Origin: Eledone cirrhosa | Lineage: Eukaryota | Length of the DNA: 64,000 nucleotides | Reading direction: 5' to 3' | Assembly: GCA_964016885.1 (NCBI GenBank) | Contig: OZ024764.1 | Coordinates: 23,064,001 to 23,128,000, forward strand | Shown here: positions 33,885 through 47,582 of the stretch, piece after piece | Numbering within the stretch: position 1 is the first letter of the stretch | Layout of the letters: every line of letters starts with the position of its first letter | Notes under the pieces: generated by a model | The model's database searches: none | What the model saw: the letters and a program-made list of their open reading frames with translations, nothing else | What the model was told of the DNA's origin: nothing | Position numbers and translations under genes: made by a program

Positions 33885-35800
33885 TTAAATAATAATAATA
33901 ATAATGAAATTATTGTGTACAGTGCTCAGGTGCACTACAACTCATCAAAGGTGCATGTATAGTACATAGAATAATGTACAAATGTCAGGAAAATGAACAG
34001 TGCATGAATCATGATATAATAACAATAATGAAATATTGTGTATAGTGCCCAGGTTTACCACAACTCATCAAAAAAGTGCATGTACAGTACATAGGGCAAT
34101 GCACAAACATCAGTAAAATGAACAGTGCACGAGTCATGATACACACGTGTGCATGTGTATGGAAGGGGTACATCAGGTGTAGTTTTGCCGTATTTCGGGA
34201 AGCTTGAGTGTCTTAAAGGATGCAGTGTCTCGGCAGCTAACAACTGACGCAGGCAGTTTGTTCCCTACTTCAGCAACTCTGAGCGTGAAAAAATGTCTAC
34301 GAAAGTCATGGGAGCTGTGCTGTTTTCTGATCTTGTAGGCATGTCCACGTGTGTTAGACACATGGAGATCAAAGAGGCGCTCTGGGTTGCAATTGGCGAG
34401 ATGGTTAAAAACTTTGTGGGTATTCACCAAGTCCATTGCCAGACGTCGGAGCTTCAATGAATTCATGCCTAGGGAAGCAAGGCGTTCATAGTATGGTAGG
34501 TGTCTGATGGAGGGTATGTACTTGGTTGCACGTCTCTGAACAATTTCCAGGAGGTCAATGTTCTGAGCAAGATAGGGGTTCCAGACTGATGATGCGAATT
34601 CCAAGTGTGGTCGTACCATAGCTGTATACAGTTTTAAATAGATGGCTGGAGAACGGCTAACAAAGGTCTTGCTGAGTGATGCCAAGACACCCTCGGCCTT
34701 CTTGACAATCTTAGAGACAGGCTTTGTCCAACGCAAATCGTTGCTGACAGTAATGCCCAGGTCACGTTCACAAGAGGACTTTTTGATGTCAGTGTTGTGG
34801 AGGGAGTATGTGGACGCTGGATTTTTCCTTCCAAAATGCATGGTGGTACACTTGTCCACAGCCAGCTTCAGTTGCCAGTCTGTGATCCATTGCTGCATTG
34901 TGTCCAGGTCTGATTGTAGGAAAGAGTTGTAAATTTCAGGATCAGTCCTTTTGATTTCAAGGTACAGCTTGATGTCATCTGCATATTTCAGTACCGTGGC
35001 ATTCTGTAAGTTGGCATCTATGTCATTAATATATGCCACAAACAAAAGAGGACCAAGAACAGATCCCTGTGGTACACCAGATGACATCTCATATGGTGAA
35101 GAATGCTGTCGTAGAACCGTGACTACTTCCTTTCGGCTGAGAATGAAGGATTTCAACCAGTCGAAAAGATCATCCCTCACACCCATTGCACAGAGTTTTG
35201 CCATAAGTCTTTTGTGTGGCACAGAATTAAAAGCCTTAGCAAAGTCAAGGTAAACAACATCCACCCATGAGCCGCTGTCAGTGATCCGGGTGATGTCCTC
35301 AAGGAACTCGATAAGCTGATGACAGCAGCTGGAGTTAGGGATAAATCCAAACTGTGAGGACCGGATGAGGCTGTGAGAGCTCCAGAAGTTCCAAAGTGTT
35401 TCTCTGACACAGGATTCCATCAGTTTGGCCATACAGCTAGTAAGACTGACTGGACGATAGTTGACAGGTGACATGCGGTTGCCCTTTTTGAACAGGGCAA
35501 TGACACTGGCAGTTTTCCACTGCTCCGGAGTAGCACCATTGTTGAGACAGTATTGAAAGAAGAAAGAAAGCTGGCGCAAAAGGAAATACCCGCCACGTTT
35601 GAGATGCAGGTATGTCACACCATCAAGACCAGGGGAGGCATAGTTGCGCTTATTCTTAAGGTGACGTCGCAAAATTGCAGGTGTAAATTCCATAGTTGTT
35701 ATGGAATTTGATGTTAGAGATGGTGGAGATGGTACATTCTGGTTTTCAACAGTAAAAATACTTGCATAGCACTCAGCAACGAGTTCTGCGCATTCCTTGA
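33885..35800 (-). mobile_element. 5'-truncated CR1-clade LINE with an uninterrupted RT frame
   Basis: ORF 34173-35693, open upstream to the truncation point (KECAELVAECYASIFT): NYRPVSLTS, QFGF, YLDFAKAF, GVPQGSVLGPLLF, YADD, VRPHLEF..VWNP, TRGH; (ATT)n tail at about 33888-33905; inserted into the piggyBac-type MITE. Confidence 0.93.
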
Positions 35801-35940
35801 TTGGTCACTTGTACTTATGTTAAGGTATTGTTCTCAAAATAAATAACATGAAAATCTCATAGATTTGATATTATGTGAGATAAAGCATTTACTGTGAAAA
35901 TATAATAGTAAATATAGAGTAATGTGAATACTAAAGGGTT

Positions 35941-37287
35941 AATCTAATGACACTAATAACTACTTTTATCAGTCAGTATAATCTAAAGTCACTAATAACT
36001 ACTTTTATCAGTCAGTATAATCTAATGTCACTAATAACTACTTTTATCTGTCACTTTAATCTAATGTCACTAATAACTACTTTTATCTGTCACTTTAATC
36101 TAATGTCACTAATAACTACTTTTATCAGTCAGTATAATCTAATGTCACTAATAACTACTTTTATCAGTCAGTATAATCTACTGTCACTAATAACTACTTT
36201 TATCAGTCAGTTTAATCTAATGTCACTAATAACTACTTTTATCTGTCAGTTTAATCTAATGTCACTAATAACTACTTTTATCTGTCAGTTTAATCTAATG
36301 TCACTAATAACTACTTTTATCAGTCAGTATAATCTAATGTCACTAATAACTACTTTTATCTGTCAGTTTAATCTAATGTCACTAATAACTACTTTTATCA
36401 GTCAGTATAATCTAATGTCACTAATAACTACTTTTATCTGTCAGTTTAATCTAATGTCACTAATAACTACTTTTATCTGTCAGTTTAATCTAATGTCACT
36501 AATAACTACTTTTATCTGTCAGTTTAATCTAATGTCACTAATAACTACTTTTATCTGTCAGTTTAATCTAATGTCACTAATAACTACTTTTATCAGTCAG
36601 TATAATCTAATGTCACTAATAACTACTTTTATCAGTCAGTATAATCTAATGTCACTAATAACTACTTTTATCAGTCAGTTTAATCTACTGCCACTAATAA
36701 CTACTTTTATCAGTCAGTATAATCTAATCTCACTAATAACTACTTTTATCAGTCAGTATAATCTCATCTCACTAATAACTACTTTTATCAGTCAGTATAA
36801 TCTAATGTCACTAATAACTACTTTTATCAGTCAGTATAATCTAATGTCACTAATAACTACTTTTATCAGTCAGTATAATCTAATGTCACTAATAACTACT
36901 TTTATCAGTCAGTTTAATCTAATGTCACTAATAACTACTTTTATCAGTCAGTATAATCTAATGTCACTACTAACTACTTTTATCAGTCAGTTTAATCTAC
37001 TGTCACTAATAACTACTTTTATCAGTCAGTTTAATCTAATGTCACTAATAACTACTTTTATCAGTCAGTATAATCTAATGTCACTAATAACTACTTTTAT
37101 CAGTCAGTTTAATCTACTGTCACTAATAACTACTTTTATCAGTCAGTTTAATCTAATGTCACTATTAACTACTTTTATCAGTCAGTTTAATCTAATGTCA
37201 CTACTAACTACTTTTATCAGTCAGTTTAATCTAATGTCACTAATAACTACTTTTATCAGTCAGTATAATCTACTACCACTAATAACT
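35941..37287 (+). repeat. 39-bp minisatellite, about 34.5 copies
   Basis: Same unit as 18606-19250, with blocks of ATCTG/ATCAG and TAT/TTT variants. Confidence 0.97.
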
Positions 37288-37362
37288 AACCTATGTTAGT
37301 CAGCACATTCTTCACCAAGGAAGGCCTTAGTATTTATTACAGTCCATTTATCAATATAGAAA

Positions 37363-37733
37363 CAGACACCCGGATGTGGCGGATGCGCAAACTGAGCACA
37401 CAACACACACATAGAAACAAAATGGTGTAGGACAGAAGAAAGGAAAGGCACAGAAACAAAGAAGGAATCCCCAGTCACTGAAGAGGTCACAGAGTGTGTG
37501 ACGAAAGGACTATGACTATATATAAACAACTATCTGGTTGTGGAACCAACCAACCAGAATTTATAAGTTTGTAGATTTGTAAATTTATAAATTTATAAAT
37601 ATATAATAAATTGAAGTGAAAGCAACTGGTGCGTGTGTTTCTTATTGGCAACATGACCCTCCCAAAGTATGACAATATCGGTTTCAACACACGATTTCAG
37701 ATAAAGAATCTTGCTAAACAAATTCAGAAACGA
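37363..37733 (+). mobile_element. 371-bp insertion, probably a Penelope-like 3' end/pLTR fragment
   Basis: 10-bp TSD AATATAGAAA at 37353-37362 and 37734-37743; absent from units 2 and 4; contains a hammerhead motif, AATAAA and then an ORF start MTLPKYDNIGFNTRFQIKNL. Confidence 0.65.
37473..37517 (+). ncRNA. Minimal type I hammerhead ribozyme motif
   Basis: AGTCA-CTGAAGA-G-GTCACA(gagtg)TGTGAC-GAAA-ggac-TA-TGACT: conserved core, 6-bp stem II, 5-bp stem I, minimal stem III and a CUA triplet. Confidence 0.7.
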
Positions 37734-38630
37734 AATATAGAAATATTATATGAAATTTGTACTGATGTATTACAAGTTTCTGAGTATCTTATAATGTTCT
37801 TTTATTATTTCAGAATACCAGAGGACATTGGCATTAAAGAGCACGTTACATCAGACATATCCTCAATATTAACCATTTCTAATGAAAGACACTACCCATC
37901 AATTTCAAATAATTTTGAAAACACTCAACACTTTGAAGGTATTTAGTAATATAAATAAATTTCTCAGTATTAAGCTACTCTTTGGAACATAACTTTGCAC
38001 AATTTCATGAATTTATGGTGGAAAGTTTTTAGATACATATAAAGACTGGTATGAAAAAGATAAAACACTTTTATATCAGGTGTTTCATCAACACCATTAT
38101 TTAAAGATTAAAAGAAGCTGTTATACAGAACAGATACAACCTTGTTTATATAAATCTATGGGAGAAATACTGGGAAATATTTCTTCTAAACTCAATAACA
38201 CTTCTATTCTTTGCTGTCTGGAATATGTAGAAGATACAAAATAAAGCTGAAGAAATTTACACATGATTTTTTAAGATCTTCATATATTGACAAAGATGAT
38301 AGTAGATGGAACTACAGGAGTAGAAATATTTCCATTATTACAGGAATAACTAATCAAATAAAAACCAGAAAAATTAGATTCTTCACTGTCTGGAATATGT
38401 ACAAGATGATTTTATATGTATATTAAACTTGAAGACATCTACAAAACAGTTTGTATCATCTTTAATTATAAAGAAAGACCAAGTTGATGGAAATATATCT
38501 GGAGGAATATGTTTCAGGAATAATATTATAAACATAAAGAAGAAAAATATCCATATATTGACAGAAGAAAAATATTAAAACTGTGAATTATGTGAGAAAC
38601 TGAGGTCATTGATATCTTTTAGTAGGAGTT

Positions 38631-39662
38631 ATGTCGAAAAATATAGTAAAATCACCATTCCACTGTGATATCTGTAGTAAATCATTCTCTTGCAGAGATA
38701 GCTTAACTAATCACAAACGTATTCATACAGGAGAGAAGCCACATCACTGTGACATCTGTGGTAAATCATTCTCTTGCAAAGATAGCTTAACTAATCACAA
38801 ACGTATTCATACAGAAGAGAAGCCACATCACTGTGACATCTGTAGTAAATCATTCTCTTGCAGAGATAGCTTAACTAATCACAAACGTATTCATACAGGA
38901 GAGAAGCCACAACACTGTGACATCTGTGGTAAATCATTCTCTTGCAGAGATAGCTTAACTACTCACAAACGTATTCATACAGGAGAGAAGCCATATCACT
39001 GTGATATCTGTGGTAAATCATTCGCTGACAGAAGTTGCTTAGCTACCCACAGACGTACTCATACAGGAGAGAAGCCATATCACTGTGACATCTGTGGTAA
39101 ATCATTCTCTCGTAGTAATCACCTAACTATCCACAAACGTACTCATACAGGAGAGAAGCCATATCACTGTGACATCTGCGGTAATTCATTCTCTCAGAGT
39201 AATCACCTAACTACTCACAAACGTATTCATACAGGAGAGAAGCCATATCACTGTGACATCTGTGGTAAATCATTCTCTCGTAGTAATCACCTAACTATCC
39301 ACAAACGTACTCATACAGGAGAGAAGCCATATCACTGTGACATCTGTGGTAAATCATTCTCTCATAGTAATCTCCTAACTATCCACAAACGTACTCATAC
39401 AGGAGAGAAGCCATATCACTGTGACATCTGTGGTAAATCATTCTCTCAAAGTAATCACCTAACTCTCCACAAACGTACTCATACAGGAGAGAAGCAATAT
39501 CACTGTGACATCTGTGGTAAATCATTCTCTCATAGTAATAACCTAACTCTCCACAAACGTACTCATACAGGAGAGAAGCCATATCACTGTGACATCTGTG
39601 GTAAATCATTCTCTCAAAGCGGTAACTTAACCAAGCATGTGCGTATTCATACAGAAGTTTAG
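38631..39662 (+). CDS. C2H2 zinc-finger protein 3: 12 tandem fingers
   Basis: 343-aa intact [13 protein letters not shown]...HVRIHTEV*. Confidence 0.93.
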   Translation: MSKNIVKSPFHCDICSKSFSCRDSLTNHKRIHTGEKPHHCDICGKSFSCKDSLTNHKRIHTEEKPHHCDICSKSFSCRDSLTNHKRIHTGEKPQHCDICGKSFSCRDSLTTHKRIHTGEKPYHCDICGKSFADRSCLATHRRTHTGEKPYHCDICGKSFSRSNHLTIHKRTHTGEKPYHCDICGNSFSQSNHLTTHKRIHTGEKPYHCDICGKSFSRSNHLTIHKRTHTGEKPYHCDICGKSFSHSNLLTIHKRTHTGEKPYHCDICGKSFSQSNHLTLHKRTHTGEKQYHCDICGKSFSHSNNLTLHKRTHTGEKPYHCDICGKSFSQSGNLTKHVRIHTEV

Positions 39663-41741
39663 CTGTATCAATATCAAACTCATTACATCATACTACTACA
39701 ACAAATGTGTAGATCCATCATCCTTGCTAAAACTGGGGTCAACCTTGTAGGTTTTACCTAGGACAGGGATCATAAAACCAGGTTTCCATTTTTGAAGCAG
39801 TGTTTGAAGATTTTGTGTAAATTAAAGTTTTTCACATTAAACTTTGATTTATTATACTTTAACAGGTAAGATATATATTTGTATTTTCAGTAAAGGTTGG
39901 GAACTTCTGTAATTTAAACCTGCCAATAAAATGAAAACTTTTGTTGTTGCTAGTCAGACATTGATATTAATTCTATTGTCCTGTACATTGTCTCAAATAT
40001 CACAGATTAAACAGATTTTAACAATATCAACAGAAATCAATAACTTGTAAGCCTAATATCTAGCTTCCATTTTATCTATTTGATATTGTTGTTCCCCTCC
40101 TGTCTCTTCAGGTCTTTTAGATTTCAACTTCTATCTACTGTACTATTCCATCACCAAGGCAACATTCATCTGGCTGGCAGCTTACATCAACTACAGATCT
40201 CATCAGTGGTTCACAACAGGCTGTCTGAAAGAAACTTCCAGATATCTTCTATATCATAGCTATCAATCTCCTCCTCCTTATCATATGTACCACTCTCACA
40301 GTCCCTCTAGATCTTATATTTAACAGGGAGATCTTTTACTATCCCTACTCTTTTCTCTAGATAGTTTTGTACCACTCTCACAGTCCCTATAGATCTTATA
40401 TTTAACAGGGAGATTCTTTACTGTCTCTACCCTTTTCTCTAGGTTGTCTTATACCTCTCTCACAGTCCCTATATATATCTTATATTTAACAGGGAGATCT
40501 TTTACTATCCCTACCCTTTTCTCTAGGTTGTCTTGTATCTCTCTCACAGTCCCTCTAGATCTTATATTTAACAGAGATCTTTTACTCTCCAACCCTTTTC
40601 TCTAGGTCGTCTTGTACCTCCCTCACAATCCCTGTAGATCTTATATTTAACAGGGAGATCTTTTACTCTCCAACCCTTCTACAGATAGTCTTGTATATGT
40701 CATTCCCTCTAGATCTTACACCTCGTATCTAGTCTATGTTGAGTGGTACGTCCTTCTCCAGTAAAGGAGTTAATATTCCCAACCATCTGTCTATCCTGTT
40801 TTCTGATGAGAATGAAGTCAATCTAGTTTATCTCTTCACCTGATTGAAGTAACTAGATCAAGTAACTAGATGTTTTCCTGTAAGTTAGTGTTGCAGTGTT
40901 TGTGTCACCATGTAAGTTTTATATCTATTTTATATAGAGATGTAGTAAAGTTTTCACTGTTGTATCTCTACTTTCTAAATATCTTTATAATGTTTCTCTA
41001 CTATTTCAGAATATCACATGACCTTGACAGAAAAGTGTATTTAAAGACAACAGAAAGATGTTAAATTCAAGATATAAACTTGTTTTTATTCTGTGGTGAA
41101 TTATGGTGAAATATTTCTTCTGAATTCAGATAAATATTTTCCCTTTTCACTGTCTGGAATATTTACAAGATGATTTTACATTCTGATTAAACTTTAGATA
41201 TTTACAAAGGAGTTTTCAAAATATTTGGATATTGACAAAGATCACATTTGGTAAAAATTATGAACAATAGAAATATTTACATTAACATAGGAATATTTTC
41301 CAGTAGAGATGGGAAAATCATTATACCACTGTAATATTTGTGGTAAAGTATTCTCTCTTCTTTATATGTAGAACATCTAACTAAACACTTTAACTAACAA
41401 ACTATTATGCTATAAAATTGACAAACTTGAGCAATGTTTAATAAATGTTACAGATTTCTCCAAACTGTCGTTTACTAACTTTAATTTGAAGCTATGTTAT
41501 CTATATACTACTAAAACTCTGTGATTGTGTCTTGTCTGTAATTTAATACAGCTAAAACAGTGCATAATGGGGAAATACTTTGAAAGGAATAAAACAATTT
41601 TTGTATAAATTGGAGCACAGGTTCCCAAGATACGGGGATTTCTGGGTACCTTGATATATATAGGGAGAGAAAGAGATAGTGGTTGTGAGAGTGAGGAGAC
41701 AGATGGAAGAGAGAGAGAGAGAGCTGGTGGTGTTGTTTAAT

Positions 41742-41772
<31 letters not shown>

Positions 41773-43337
41773 ATACGTATGTGTATATTTTAACTATTTA
41801 AAAATCATTTTTAAATGACTTTTAAAAAATAGTTTTAAGGGAACGTGACCCAACAGGTCCCGGGTGGTCTAGTTTGTTACTAAATACTAGATATTAGAGG
41901 GTCATGTTGTTCTAGATGTGCTGGAAGAGCCATTCCATCTCGTGAGGTTCACCAGCAGCTAGCCACCTCAGCACCTATGGTGGTATATTTATTATATTAT
42001 TTATTCTTTATCATTAACATTAGTATAAAAGATAATTATATATTTTTAGAGTAGAACCTTTTTGTTGTGACACCTACAGAACCACTTTACAGTGTGGGCT
42101 GGGTACTTTTTGTTGTGACACCTACATGACCACTTTACAGTGTGGGCTGGGTACTTTTTGTTGTGACACCTACACGACCCCTTTAAAGTTTCGGCTGGGT
42201 ACTTTTTGTTGTCACCTACATGACCACTTTACAGTGTGGACTGGTTTCTTTTTGTCATATTACCTACATGACCACCTTATAGTGTTGGCTGTGTGTTCTT
42301 TGCAGTGTGGGCTGGTTTCTTTTTGTCATATCACCTACATGACCACCTTATAGTGTTGGCTGTGTGTTCTTTGCAGTGTGGGCTGGTTTCTTTTTGTCAT
42401 ATCACCTACATGACCACCTTATAATGTTGACTGTATATTCTCTATAGTGTGGGTTGGGTGCTTTTTGTCATATCTCCTACCCAACCACTTTGCAGTGTGG
42501 GCAGTGAAATATCAGTAATGCACCAGCTCCAATATTCAGTAATCAGAAGAAGGGAGGTAGGCATAAAAGCCAAACTTGCTGTCTTCAATTAGGTTTTTGT
42601 GCCAACCCTTACCTATGGTCACATATCTTGGGTAATGACCAAAAGAATATGATTGGGAATACAAATGGCAGATATGGGATTCCTCTGAAGGGTCTTTGAA
42701 GGAACGTTTCTCAATAAAGTGCATAGCTCTGAGATCAGAGAGTCACTCCAGGTGGAGCTGTTACTTCTCCGAATTGAGAGATCACAGCTGCAATACTATG
42801 GCCATGTGGTTAGAATGTCTGAGGAAAGAATCACTGGATAGATTTTACAGGCAAAACTAACCGGCAGGAGACCCAGGGGTAGACCTGAGCAAGATGGTCA
42901 CATAACATCCATGAGCTTGGCTGGTCTCTCTGGGAGATCCAGCTAGATCAGTTGGAGTGGGTTGCTTCTGACAGGACCTGTTGGAGGTAGTGTTTGAGGA
43001 CTCTGCCCCCAAGACCCTCTCAGGAATGACTGGATTAATAAGAAGAGGTTGAGGTTACATCATCAACATCAGATTTCCCTGCTAGCAAGGGTTTAATGAG
43101 TCTACTTCAACCAAGTAAGTACTGAAGTGAGGCTACTGATCTCCCAGACAGACCAAGGATCTGAGACTTATTTACATCAGGTCTCATTTGCTACTGAGTG
43201 CACAGAAAAGGTTGTCATGTCTTTGTCATGATTGAAGGGTTCTCCGACACTATTGTCGGGCAAGCTTTCTATGGCTAGATGTCCTTCACATGACCAACCA
43301 CATTACAGCCTGTGTTGGGTGTGTTTATCATGTAGGT

Positions 43338-45704
43338 AAGATATAACAAATTGAGGGTTCTCCAAGGTCCACATAGGTCACGTGTTGTCTGAGGGTTGCA
43401 CACTACAACTAATTATGTACACGACAACTAATTAAAGTCATTTAATAAAATATATTGCAGAAAGATTTGTTACTTAAATTTAGAAACATACAATGTACAT
43501 ACAAATGTTTTAGCAGCATTCATGAATACAAAGTAATGAAGTAGTTTGACAAAAAAGTAAAATTTAACATGTCAACATATACTTGCAGATTGTAACAGCA
43601 ACAAATACATTGTACACAAATAACAATAGTTGAAAACTGAACATTTATTTGCTACTATTCAACCATTTTTAGTGTTTTGTCCTGAGGCTTGACACTTCTT
43701 TCTGTTGACAATGTTTGGTATGTCTGGCTGAAATGTTTGTACAGTTCCAACTTTGATCAGATGACAAGTGTTGATCAGTCAGCCTTGTTCTCTGAGAAGT
43801 TTTTGTTAATTTCATGAAGGAAAATAACTGTCCACTCACATAGGTAGAACCAAACATTGCCATAATCTTTGTGACAAACTTTCTGATGTTAATAAACTTT
43901 TCAGGAAGGTATGAAAAGAAACCAGGTATCCCCACTACAAGATACTTTGTTCTGAGTGTAGAATCTGACTGCATTTCCAATAGTTCCATCTGCAGGCATT
44001 CTTCTGCCTTCATCAAAGGTGAATGGTGCTGAGAATAATGTAAACTGATGTTCAAAAAATGAGAAATCACAAAATCTTTCTTGAAATTTCTTTAACAACA
44101 ATTCCAGGTGACTGTCATACTTAACTAAGCTAAATACAGACGCAGTATTGGCAGTGTTTTTCAGTTCTTTGCACATAGGAAAATGAACTAAATTTTCATC
44201 TGACGACGGAGATTTCCATAAGCTTAGTTTTCTAATGAAGCACTTGATGTCATCATTCAACTGATTGATGGGTTTGTTTTAACCTTGTAATTTCAAATTA
44301 AGATCAGTTAATTGTGCAGTAATATCCACAACAAAAGCCAGATGTTGGAGCCAACTTTCATCTTTTATTTCATCTGTGTTTTAACCTTTTCTCTCCAAAA
44401 ACATAATTATTTCTTGTCTCAACAAATAGAATCTTTTCAGCACTTTGTGACATGTCAACCAGCAGACTTCTGTGTAGAATGGAACATCAGCGAACTGATT
44501 ATCCATATCTTCCAACAACTGGCTGAACTAACGGTGTTTGAGAGCACGGCCTCTGATTTAGTTCACTGTCTTTGTGACCAAGCTAAGCACATGATGCAAT
44601 TTTAAAATCTTTGAACATAAATTTTGTTGATGAATAATAGTGAAAATGTGCAAATGATGAATCTAGATATGAGTTTTCTATTTTTGTTTGTAACTTGGCA
44701 GCAACACCATTATGTCTACCAACCATATTTGCAGCACTGTCAGTAGATAAACATGCAAGTTTACTCAGATCAAAACCATGCAGACCCTGCTTGACCTTCT
44801 CAAAGATGTCCTGGCTTGTTATAGTGTCATGCATGGGGACCAGTTCAATCAGTTCTTCATAAATATTAAATTCACAGTCACAGGTCCTGGTGAAGAATGC
44901 AAGCTGTACTATTCCAGTGATGTCAAGAGTCTCATCAATAGCAATAGAAACATGTTCAAACCTTGATGATACAGCCTTTAACTGTTGTTTCAGATCACCT
45001 GACATTTCATTAATCTGTTCAGCAACAGTGTTCCTGGTTAATGAAATGTCTTTGAATAACTCTGCTTTCTCTGGACAATTTCAGCTGTTTTTACAAGACA
45101 TTACTTTACAAAATCTCCTTCACTCTAAGATTTCCCACTCATGGCAATCATCTGACTGAGTTCATAGCTTGCAGTAACGGAAGTGACATTCTCTTCCTGA
45201 ATTAACATAAAACAGGTCTATTGCTGTGTCAAGTTCACCTTCAATTCCTTGAGTCTTGAAACACACATTGGGCCTTCATATTTATCGTAAGATCGAGGGT
45301 TTGTTTCATAATGTCTTTTTGAATTGTACTCTTTTGGCCTGGCGATGTAGTTGTTGCAAATTAAACAGTGTATCTTTCTGTTCACCATTGGGCAAAATTA
45401 CTGTAATTCCCACTTTTCTTGAAACACTTGCCCTTCTTCGTTCAATTTCCTTTTTCTCTTAGCTGGAGGAGCACTAACCATTTCAAAAACAAAATCTTTT
45501 AAAATTTTGAAGGAAAGTTTTCTGTTAATGAGCTGCACGTGATTAATGGAAGTTAAAAGTAGTTGACAAAAATTGCACAAAAAAAACAATTGTATCGAAA
45601 AATTTTTAAATTTTATATTACGAAAATGAAACATGCTCGCACTGTAAAAACCTTTGTGTGGGGCGCAGCTTTGCTTGCAAAGGGCCGCATGTTTGACATG
45701 TCTG
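43338..45704 (-). mobile_element. Buster-type hAT, most complete copy
   Basis: Same ATGTAGGT TSD; retains SIAIDETLDITG and LSTDSAANMVG catalytic segments; frameshifted. Confidence 0.88.
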
Positions 45705-47582
45705 ATGTAGGTTACCAACACTAGGGAGGGCAGCATGTCCTTCAGTGTGTTCTGCTACATTAACTACCAGGAGGTCACCACATGACACAAAGACTACATT
45801 TCAAGGAGGGGTCATAAAAGAACTAAATACGCAAAAAGGAAATAATTGAGCTTTGGGTCTAGGTCAAGGGGCAGAAGTGCTGCGCCCTGTGGATAAGACT
45901 GCATAAGTATTCGCCCCGGACGATGGACAGTTACAGCCACCCCAACCTCATGGGCTCCCTCTTCAGAAGAGCCACTAACGTTCTGATCTTACAGAGGAAC
46001 TTGGCAGTACGGGGTCCAAGTACTTCTGAGGTCTCGATGGTGACCAGTGTGAAGAGACCTACAATTGATGTCATCCCAGTTATGTTGGACTGTAATATAC
46101 TGGGGTATAGAGAGGCCTTAACCTGTCTCAGCTGGGCCACCCAGGGTTGTGTCATCTAGGTACCAGACAGGGGTGACTAGACCATGTTGTCAACTGTCAA
46201 CACCAATAGGAGTGAGGCGAGTGGGTCCCCTTGCTAGACACCATATATAAAACGTATTTGCTAATTACTTTAATGAATAATTTGTTTCATACGTAATTAC
46301 TACTTTTAACACAATCGGATTTTGTACACGTGTTTGTTTGAAAACATCTTTCAAAGAAGTATGAGACAGTCTTTTGTAATGTTTATTATAATAAATTACT
46401 GTATGTTGAGCTGTTTTAACTTCTCCACCTTCCATTATTTTATATTGTTTTTGTAAAAAAACGAGATTTTTTTCATATATATATATATATGAAGGCGTGT
46501 GGCTGAGTGGTTAGAGAATTGGATTCGGAATTGTGAGGTTGTGAGTTCGATTCTCAGACTGGGCGATGCGTTCTGTCCTTGAGCAAGACATTTTATTTCA
46601 CGTTGCTCCTTCTACCTGGAGTTGCGACCGATAGATAGTATTAGCAATTGGAAAGACCAATGGAAACATTGTTTCTTCGGTCCGATTTGACGAAAAGTCG
46701 ATCATAAAAAGTATATAGAGAGAAACATAAACATACACTACTGTATTACATATGTAAGGGAAGACAACTCTCGTTACATCCACCCTTCTTTTTGATATAC
46801 GTCCTTTAAATACTTTGTTCAACGTAACCTGCTTTATTTTGTGTCCTAAATAGATTTCTGTTTAACTATTTACGAGATTCACAATGATTCACGTAACCAA
46901 GTTACTTACATAGAGATATATTTCACATAGAATCACAACAAATGAAAATATTAAGTCAACACTCTGTCAATCAGTCTCACATCACATGGGGTGCCGGAGT
47001 CTCCCTCTAATACTTTCTGAGACAGTCTTACCTCGAGTGATAGCAAGGCTAAGATGTTGGAACTACCAAACACCCTCATATGTATCACCTGACACCTCGG
47101 TAAGGAGAGCTGCCAACGATAACAAGAACCTCGTTGTCAGGGACCTATCTCCTCCAAACTTCTCCAACACCACAGACTAGAATATTCTACTCTTTATTCC
47201 CTATCAAATATATTTCAGTCTAGTCATTTGTCTTGTATCTTGTATATGTATTTTCAAGACTAACTGTCACATTTGTGAGACCACAGTTAGTGATGTTTTT
47301 GTCTCCCTCCCACATCCTACATGTTGTAGTAAAAGTGAGGGTCACTGCTTCTGTAGACGAACGAAATAAAAGTTAAACTACCAGTAATTATCGGCAAAGT
47401 ATTTATTCCAGTCTGTGATGTTTGAGAAGCTGGGCTGCTGACAACGAAGTTGTGGTCACTGTTGGCGGCTGGCTTTACCGAAGTACCCGATGACTCTTGT
47501 GAGGGTACTTAGCTGTTCTGGTAGCTTAGCTTCCTTATAACCAGATCTTACCGAGATACCCGATGACTCTTGTGATGGTACT

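Noticed and set aside
35947-37299. 450-aa and 216-aa (18612-19262) ORFs of repeated MSLITTFISQYNL
   Set aside because: A by-product of a 39-bp (3n) minisatellite with one stop-free frame; copy number runs from 0 to 34 between paralogues and there is no evidence of coding.
43338-45704. Domesticated GTF2IRD2/ZBED-like host gene
   Set aside because: TIRs and TSD are present with multiple frameshifts and stops, so it is a dead transposon.
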